A stretch of 64,000 bases of DNA, from the NCBI GenBank assembly GCA_964016885.1, contig OZ024743.1, forward strand, positions 2,108,001-2,172,000, read 5' to 3'. The translations under genes were made by a program, and so were the position numbers. The stretch's first letter is position 1; every line of letters starts with the position of its first letter. Shown piece after piece: positions 56,358-64,000 of the stretch. The notes below the pieces were generated by a model, which was not told the origin of the DNA, did no database searches, and saw nothing but the letters and a program-made list of their open reading frames with translations. Source of the DNA: Eledone cirrhosa. Taxonomy: Eukaryota.

Positions 56358-56588
<231 letters not shown>

Positions 56589-56894
56589 TATGTATACATA
56601 CATATATGTATACAGACGTACAGTAGTATGTATATACAGGAGTATAAACAAAATAGACGAATTAGAGTTTTTTCTCATTTAATTTTAATATATAATGTTG
56701 CTTCTTTGAGAGATTTCTTTCATTGAGATGTTTGGGTATTAGTGACTAATTAACCTTTAATTAATATTAAACTGCTCCAAGATTTGTCGAGCTGTACCAG
56801 ACGGTCTTTAGGTTGCTATTTCTAGTGACATTATAGGCCTGTCAAGTAATCGTAATATCTTAAGAGATTTGGGAACATAACACTACACGTGCTA

Positions 56895-57010
56895 TTGTTC
56901 AAATCCCGCCGAGGTTAACTTTGCCTTTCATCCTTACGGGGTCGATAAAATAAAGTACCAGTAATGTACTGGGTAATTGCTGGCCTTGTGCCTAAAGTAG
57001 AAACAATTAT
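56895..57010 (+). mobile_element. SINE S1 copy (5'-truncated)
   Basis: GTTCAAATCCCGCCGAGGTTAACTTTGCCTTTCATCCTTACGGGGTCGATAAAATAAAGTACCAG. Confidence 0.8.
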
Positions 57011-57104
57011 TTCACCATACTGTCTCGGCTTTGGAAACAGTGTGTATTATATCTTGTTCCATTTCTCTTAGGCTTGAAGATGCTGGCGTTTTGTCGGAGG
57101 ATTG

Positions 57105-57572
57105 GAAGAAAGTGTTGTATGGTTGATGTAGAGAGAGGCGGAGAGTTTGGTGGTAATGAATAGAGTGAGAGGATTGATAGAGATAGGTATTGATAAATAT
57201 AGAGAGGGGAAGAGTTTGTGTTTATTGATATAGAGAGGGGGAATACCGTGTAGTAGATATAGAGAGGGGGAGAATTTGTTGTTTTTTTTCATATACAGAG
57301 AGGGATAATGGGAGAGTGCCGTGTAGTAGATATAGAGAGGGTGAGAGTTTAGGGGTGATTGATATCCAGGGGGGGGGGGGGGGATTGGGAATGATAAGTG
57401 TAGATATTTATAGAGAGTAAGAGAATGTATTAGTCTTAGATATAGAGAGTGGGAAAAGAGAGGCGGTGTCGTGGAAGATATAGAGAGGGGTAGAGTTTGG
57501 TTTTAGTAGATACAGAGAGGGGGATTAAAAGAGAATATTGTGTGATAGACATAGAAAAGGGGAGAGTTTGAT
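57105..57572. repeat. Degenerate purine-rich minisatellite built on GATATAGAGAGGGG..AGAGTTTG
   Basis: The motif recurs about 12 times at roughly 30-40-bp spacing. Confidence 0.7.
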
Positions 57573-57946
57573 GGCACTCTCGAGACCTAAATAATAGGAG
57601 GGGGGACTTAGAAAATCAGTAATTGTATAGTGTACGTTCGTAAATATGGGATTTCTTGTAATGTTCTTCTTTTGTCATATATAATGTGTTTTTAATTTAA
57701 AATAAAATCATCATTAGATTCTCCAGCTACTGTATCAATATGAATCACTTACAATAACATTTCGCCGGAGACAGAGTAACAAAATTTAATAAGCGGGTGG
57801 AGGGGGGGGGGGATAAAAACCGGGGTTGGGGAATCTGACAAATTAATAAGCAGGGTGTGGGGACGATTATTCAAGACCTGGGAGTACGTGAATTATTAAC
57901 GGACGTAAGAATGAAAACTCAATACCGATGTAGAGTTTAAATATTC

Positions 57947-58067
57947 ATTTATTATGGCCAAGCTTTGTTACTCTGGAGTCTCACCTGAGTACTCACCAAA
58001 CAGCTGATCCTGTGAGTGCGCAGGTGAAACTTTAGAGTAACAAAGCTCACCAATAGCCATGATAAAT
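57947..58067. repeat. Imperfect hairpin adjoining (TA)n
   Basis: AGCTTTGTTACTCTGGAGTCTCACCTGAGTACTCAC pairs with GTGAGTGCGCAGGTGAAACTTTAGAGTAACAAAGCT. Confidence 0.8.
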
Positions 58068-58069
58068 TA

Positions 58070-58123
<54 letters not shown>

Positions 58124-58264
58124 AGTTTATGTTGGTTGTATACCAACACCTCAGTATGCAGGCTGGAGCACTCGACGAAGTGCGCAGGTTGGTTTGGTTA
58201 CTCCGGAGTAGTGTAAAATAAAGTTAAATAAAAGTCAAATGATTAAAATTTAGCTTCGTTTATT

Positions 58265-58319
58265 ACTGCTATATATATTTCAGTGACAGCCATCTTTGGC
58301 TGTGACCTCTTCAGGCAGT
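58265..58319 (-). ncRNA. Type I HHR (mirror copy)
   Basis: Exact reverse complement of 58680-58734. Confidence 0.85.
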
Positions 58320-58679
58320 TTGAATTAGTATGGTATAGACAAGTACATATGTTGTTTAGGTGTATGATATTGTCAATACTCTGATATGCCCAGTTCCTTG
58401 TTGGGTTGTTAATTCACTGGGGAACTGGAGTTCCCCAGTGAATTAACAACTCCAGTTCCCCAGTGAATTAACAACCCAACAAGGAACTGGGCATATCAGA
58501 GTATTGACAATATCATACACCTGACAATATCATCACTGGGGAACTGGAGTTCCCCAGTGAATTAACAACTCCAGTTCCCCAGTGAATTAACAACCCAACA
58601 AGGAACTGGGCATATCAGAGTATTGACAATATCATACACCTAAACAACATATGTACTTGTCTATACCATACTAATTCAA

Positions 58680-58734
58680 ACTGCCTGAAGAGGTCACAGC
58701 CAAAGATGGCTGTCACTGAAATATATATAGCAGT
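58680..58734 (+). ncRNA. Type I HHR
   Basis: ACTGC-CTGAAGA-GGTCACAGCC/AAAGAT/GGCTGTCACT-GAAA-TATATATA-GCAGT, followed by AATAAA. Confidence 0.85.
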
Positions 58735-58785
58735 AATAAACGAAGCTAAATTTTAATCATTTGACTTTTATTTAACTTTATTTTA

Positions 58786-58931
<146 letters not shown>

Positions 58932-59020
58932 TATAGTAATAATAATAAAATTGAAGACTAAAATCCAAAGAGGGCTCGATAAGGAAAATATATATCAAAT
59001 ATATAAGAACCGTAGAGCAA

Positions 59021-59169
59021 ATATTTATTAAAATAACAGATTAAAGTTTAAGCAAAGAATCGCTGCTTTCACCCTTAACGGGATCTTCTGAAACTAACCT
59101 TCAGTTTCAGAAGATCCCGTTAAGGGTGAAAGCAGCGATTCTTTGCTTAAACTTTAATCTGTTATTTTA

Positions 59170-59177
<8 letters not shown>
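59021..59177. repeat. Perfect palindrome, 75-bp arms, 7-nt loop, with an HHR-like remnant
   Basis: Arms 59021-59095 and 59103-59177. Contains CAGAAGA-T-CCC/GTTAA/GGG-T-GAAAGC. The right end is (TA)n. Confidence 0.92.
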
Positions 59178-59217
<40 letters not shown>

Positions 59218-59272
59218 GTGAGGTTTTTTTTACAAAATGAAAAATAACCGAGGTGTCCTACACGAGTGAAAG

Positions 59273-59470
59273 TATAAGGAAAAAAGATAAAATCGAAAAT
59301 GCAACTGGAGTCTTATTTAAAAAAATATATATATATTTATTTGGTTCGTTTGGTTCCTTGAGATAGAGGGTCTGTGGTTTTTTTCTCAAGGAACCAAACG
59401 AACCAAATAAATATATATATATTTTTTTAAATAAGACTCCAGTTGCATTTTCGATTTTATCTTTTTTCCT

Positions 59471-59474
<4 letters not shown>
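59273..59474. repeat. Perfect palindrome, 91-bp arms, derived from the family B pLTR terminus
   Basis: Arms 59273-59363 and 59384-59474. The right arm matches 33097-33175 and the loop is the reverse complement of ~33034-33056. Confidence 0.92.
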
Positions 59475-59564
<90 letters not shown>

Positions 59565-59860
59565 CGCGCGCGTGTGTGTAGGTCATGAATAAATTGGGTA
59601 TAATACGAGTTTCTTACTAAATGCTAACAAGCTCGATATATTAACCCCTAAGGAAAGGCACAGAGCATATTTTTTTTTATTATATATATATAGTGGCGGT
59701 GGAACTGGGGGGGGGGGGGTATCCACCCCAACCTCAACCCCCTTCTAATAATTATATTTTCTCATAAAACTACCTAAACACACATCTAAATGGATATGTG
59801 CTACAATTTATGTACATGTTATATTTATCACATTTCGAAGTTTTCTGACCATTTAGAGTG

Positions 59861-60122
59861 CAAAGAGCTAAACTAATCACTGCAAATAAATAGTCCAAAT
59901 TTACATTTCCCCACCACTACCACTACTCCCTAATTTAAAAATGCTTCCAAAGAGCTAAACTAATCACTGCAAATAAATAGTCCAAATTTACATTTCCCCA
60001 CCACTACCACTACTCCCTAATTTAAAAATGCTTCCAAAGAGCTAAACTAATCACTGCAAATAAATAGTCCAAATTTACATTTCCCCACCACTACCACTAC
60101 TCCCTAATTTAGAAATGCTTCC
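59861..60122. repeat. 87-bp tandem triplication, possibly inside a degenerate TIR element (59691-60132)
   Basis: CAAAGAGCTAAACTAATCAC... starts at 59861, 59948 and 60035. The outer TAGTGGCGGTGGAAC and CTTCCACCGAGCCTA are partly complementary. Confidence 0.85.
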
Positions 60123-60479
60123 ACCGAGCCTAGTATTCCTGTTTATATGTGTTCATGTGTATAATATATTTTTTCTGTTTTTCTGTGTATTTATTAATAT
60201 ATATGAACGTATGTTTATAATTCTAACGCTTTCGGAAGAGTTATTTTCCCTTGTATTAAATTTTAATATTCAAATAATCTTCACCAAGCGTTTATAGAAC
60301 AACGTTTTTTCTTCAATAGCAATTATATTTCTCTTTGTTTCTGAAGATGTCTCTGAAATATTAAACATTTCTCTCAATGAGATGTCATATCTTCCTTATT
60401 TTAAACAGTATAGCATGGTGTATAAACATATTTTGATGACATATATTATCCGTAGTATTATAAATCACTTGAGAGATGT

Positions 60480-62400
60480 ATTGCTTTTTCTTCTTCGCCC
60501 ATTTATTCTTGAGAGTGTCTTTCCAGCGGGTCCTGTCAGAAGCAACTGTGTGCAATTGTTTCCTCTGAATCCGCAAGCGATATCAGCCGAGCTCATGGAT
60601 GCTATTCAATCGTCTTGCTCGGTGTCTACTCTTGGGCCTCTTACCAGTTGGTTTTGCCCGTAAAATCTGTCAAGCGATTCTTTCCAGAGACATTCTAACC
60701 ACATGCCTATAGTACCGGAGCTGTGATCTCTCAATTTGGAGAAGTAGCGACTCTACCTGGAGCGACTCTCTAATCTCCGAGATACTCACTCTATCGAGTT
60801 ACTTTATTCCAAAGGCCCTTCGGAGGAACCCCGTTTCAGCCGCTTATATTCGCGATCATATTCTTTCAGTCATTACTAAAATTTCATGACCACAGGTAAG
60901 GGTTGGCACGAATAGCAAATTGAAGATGGCGAGTTTGGCTTTTATATCTACCTCCCTTCTTCTGATTATCAAATGCTGAAGCTGGCACATTACTGCACCA
61001 CCTCCTGCAATTCTTGTACTTAATTCAGGCTCATTAACACGACCCTCAGTGAAACTCTATTCGCTTGTAGAGTGCACTACACAAGCTTTCTTGAGAGGAC
61101 GAGTGTCTAAGTTTTCGCAGCATTGATTTTAATCCCAGTCGTGCAGCACTCGGCATCAAACCTATCAAGTGTATATCCGGGATCGCCGTTAAGTAATACT
61201 GTGTCGTCAGCAAATCCAAGCCGATTGATCCTATACCTGCAGGTCGTGATATCACCTCCGACTCAGCTGCGGATGTCAATCCTCTTCATGAAGATTATGA
61301 ACAGGAGAGGTGACAGGAGGCACCTTAGGATTCCGACTCCCCCATTAAATAGTTTCGATTTAGCAACATTTGTACTCGAACATTCGTATAGAGACATTAG
61401 GGCAACAAGAAACTGTCCATCGATCCCATACTCCTGCAGAACCTGCCACAGCAGGTCCCGTGGAACGCGGTCCTATACGCCTTCTCTGGGTCTACAAAGT
61501 AAGAATACACCTCTTGGCAATACTCCTATGATTTCTCAAAGACCTACCACATTGTGAATATGTGGTCGGCTGTGCTGCGTCCAGGGCGTAAGCCACACTG
61601 TTCATCAGCTAGCTTGGACTTGACAATCTCCCTACATCTCTTTACCAGACACTAAGCATAGACTTTACCGGGGAGGCTTAACAAGGTGATCCCCCTATAA
61701 TTGAAGTAATCTCTCTTGATTCCCTTTTTGAAAATTGAGATTATCACTGCCGATTGCCATTGCTTAGGTGCCTTTCCAGAGATTCAACCGACCCGGCACA
61801 CACGAGTCAGCCAGAGAACACCTTCTCTATTTAAGGCTTTTAACATCTCGAGCCGATTTTCATCCTCCTCAGCGGCCTTACCATATTTCAGCTCTTTAAT
61901 TTCTCTTATGGCCTCAGCCTCCGAAAGATTTGTCGTCGCTCCCAGATGTACCTTTGCTGTTGTGACCGGGTTTAGGAGATCAGCAATGTATTCCCCCCAT
62001 CCTCGCTGGAGAGAAAACCCCAGATGCGTTCCTGATAGTAGGTATGGCGGAGGACTTCTTATTACGAAGTCGGCGGATGCTCTGCCAGAATACTGTCTTT
62101 GACCTGAAGTCGGATTCCGGCTTAACTGCAACGTCATTCCATGTCTTAACTTTGGACGCGTTTACTTGTCTCTGCTGCAACTTTTCGTGCCTGCTTGAAC
62201 CGCACGTGCAAGGAGGAGGACTTATTTCCAAGCCTAGCTTTATAGGCTTCCGTATTTGCACGGATGGTATATTTGACCACTTGATTAACCAAGGGGTCCT
62301 TCTGTCACACGACACCACCCTAAGCCGCTTTCGCCTGCAGCATTTAACAGCTGAAGCAGAAACTGTCGAGCTGAACAGTCTCCACTGTTTCAACGTCATC
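60480..62400 (-). mobile_element. Decayed RTE-clade LINE (RT region to 3' end)
   Basis: Minus-strand peptides NYRGITLLSLPGKVYA, EQCG.RPGRSTADHIF, FADDTVL, GIKINAAKT and C-terminal TVASDRTRWK, with many frameshifts. Confidence 0.8.
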
Positions 62401-62529
62401 AGTTTACTCTGTGAAATTACTTTTATTCAATTTATTGGACTTTACCCTATAGATTACATGAATGTTTTAATCTGTGGTCACGTCACTGCAATTTAATTTA
62501 CTCGTTACTAAAACAAGAATAAGCTATAA

Positions 62530-62850
62530 CTTTGGGATGCCACTTGCACCGACACTTTCTGCAGCCGCAACCTGGTGCAGTCTGCGACTAACCCAGGTTC
62601 TGCTGCACGTCGGGCTGAGGGAGCCAAACTCCTCAAATACCGATCGCTCTCCGACAAGTTTGCGGTCGTACCCCTGGCAGTGGAGACTTCTGGTGTCCTC
62701 GGCCCCAGGGCTACCACCTTACTCACCACCATAGGCGCTGAGCTGGCCAGCCGCAGGTGTGAGCCCCGCGAGTTGGAGTCGCTTTTCCAGCGCGTTTCCG
62801 TTGCCGTCCTCCGGGGAAACGCCTTCTCCATTCTGTCCGCCGTTAGTTAA
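62530..62850 (+). mobile_element. C-terminal restriction-like endonuclease region of a CRE-like non-LTR retrotransposon
   Basis: WDATCTDT...GSAARRAEGAKLLKY...VPLAVETSGVLG...LFQRVSVAVLRGNA. The block is GC-rich against its AT-rich flanks. Confidence 0.75.
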
Positions 62851-64000
62851 ATACCATTCTTTCAGTCGTAGACTAATATTCTATTAGGTGGTTCATATCT
62901 CTAAATTATATTTTGTATTTTTAGCCGTTTATGAGAAATTATTATTTAGATTCTGACTGAAAGCAAGCTAACTTATTGAAGCCGTTTATTAAAGCTGAAA
63001 TTTAACAGTACTTATATACCTTTTACCGTAGGTAAAGCCAACGTATATACACACACGTGGATACTCACACATATACACACAGACTAATGCGCGCGCGCAC
63101 ACACTTTCACGCACACATACACACACACACTCACAAACACACACACACAAACAAACACACACACAGATGATATGTTTGGAAGCGTAGTTATTAATAGAAC
63201 TGAGCTTCAGTAGAGAAATATTTTTTAAAACAAATAAACATTAACAGGGACGCAACTTTTGCTAATATTTGGGAGTTGCTTCCCTTGCATAGATAAATTA
63301 CACTTCGATACTGTAGAAATGCTTAAAATTAATTAATTGATATGACTGTTTACAACATGAGTAAAAATTCACAATATTTGTGCTAATATTCAGTGAGTTA
63401 AATATACCGTGGTGTATAATTGGTACATTGGGAGAGGGAGTTCGACCAAAAGATGATTAAACAACATCAATTCAAGTAGAATTTACAGGGAGGTAACTTT
63501 TTAGTGACTATTTGTTTTTATCTGTGCTTCTTCTGCTCTTTTCTTTACTCATTTTTCGTGTTACATATATCTATTGAACAAATTTGAATTAATTATGTTT
63601 GCACAAAGAAAAAAAAAAAGGATGAAAGTCAGAGTTGAAATGTCGCTGACGTCTATTTGGCCTTTCATCCTTTTGAGCACATAAATCTAAGTACCTGTCA
63701 AATACAGCGATCAGGACATGAGGATGCCATGCCTCAGCTGTCCCTGCCCAACATCTACTTGTCTGGAGGTGGTTGGCCTTGGTTGGTGTACCACCTCAGT
63801 CTTCTTAAAGCTAATTGTTAAGGATGTTACAAGGGCAGCAGCAAACAGTAAATCACTTGTTTAAGTGTTTTAGCCTTAAAGCGCTGATAGTTGAATAACC
63901 CACCTGTTGTAGGGAATTCAAATCTGGCATGTATCTAAGTCACCAAATGTATACTGGAGCATTACATAGAAGAATAAAACAAAGAGAACAGGAGCTATGA

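Larger units (their letters stand above)
58214..58785. mobile_element. Fold-back unit with apparently identical 217-bp arms, an HHR in each arm and a rearranged centre
   Basis: Arms 58214-58430 and 58569-58785. The centre holds a 119-bp-offset direct duplication. The right end abuts (TA)n. Confidence 0.95.

Noticed and set aside
60220-60370. Further HHR candidates (60225-60262 minus; CTGAAGA..GAAA at 60341) and CTGATGA at 34738 and 38234 (minus)
   Set aside because: Core box or stem II is missing or broken; too degenerate to support.
62900-64000. Host exon near the right edge
   Set aside because: No ORF or convincing splice-bounded coding signal; only (CA)n and a partial SINE core at ~63655.

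Overview
Eukaryotic, repeat-dominated DNA with no recognisable host gene. The SINE types, dense (TA)n/(CA)n/(GA)n tracts and abundance of Penelope-like elements suggest an octopus or other coleoid genome (inference only). Bases 1-24,065 are a 28-bp tandem satellite with kb-scale higher-order duplications; its giant ORFs are artefacts. Bases 24-64 kb hold decayed mobile elements: at least six Penelope-like (PLE; RT + GIY-YIG) copies or fragments from three families, fragments of a Helitron and of R4/Dong-, RTE- and CRE-like non-LTR elements, tRNA-derived SINEs and small MITEs. The most striking feature is about 15 type I hammerhead ribozyme (HHR) motifs with intact CUGANGA...GAAA cores, plus several decayed ones. 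Many lie in short non-coding fold-back (palindromic) units wedged against (TA)n tracts. One palindrome can be traced to the terminal repeat of a PLE in the same window. Together this points to a family of non-autonomous, ribozyme-bearing, (TA)n-targeted hairpin retroelements derived from PLE pseudo-LTRs (pLTRs). All alignments and folds were done by eye, so coordinates may be off by a few bases.
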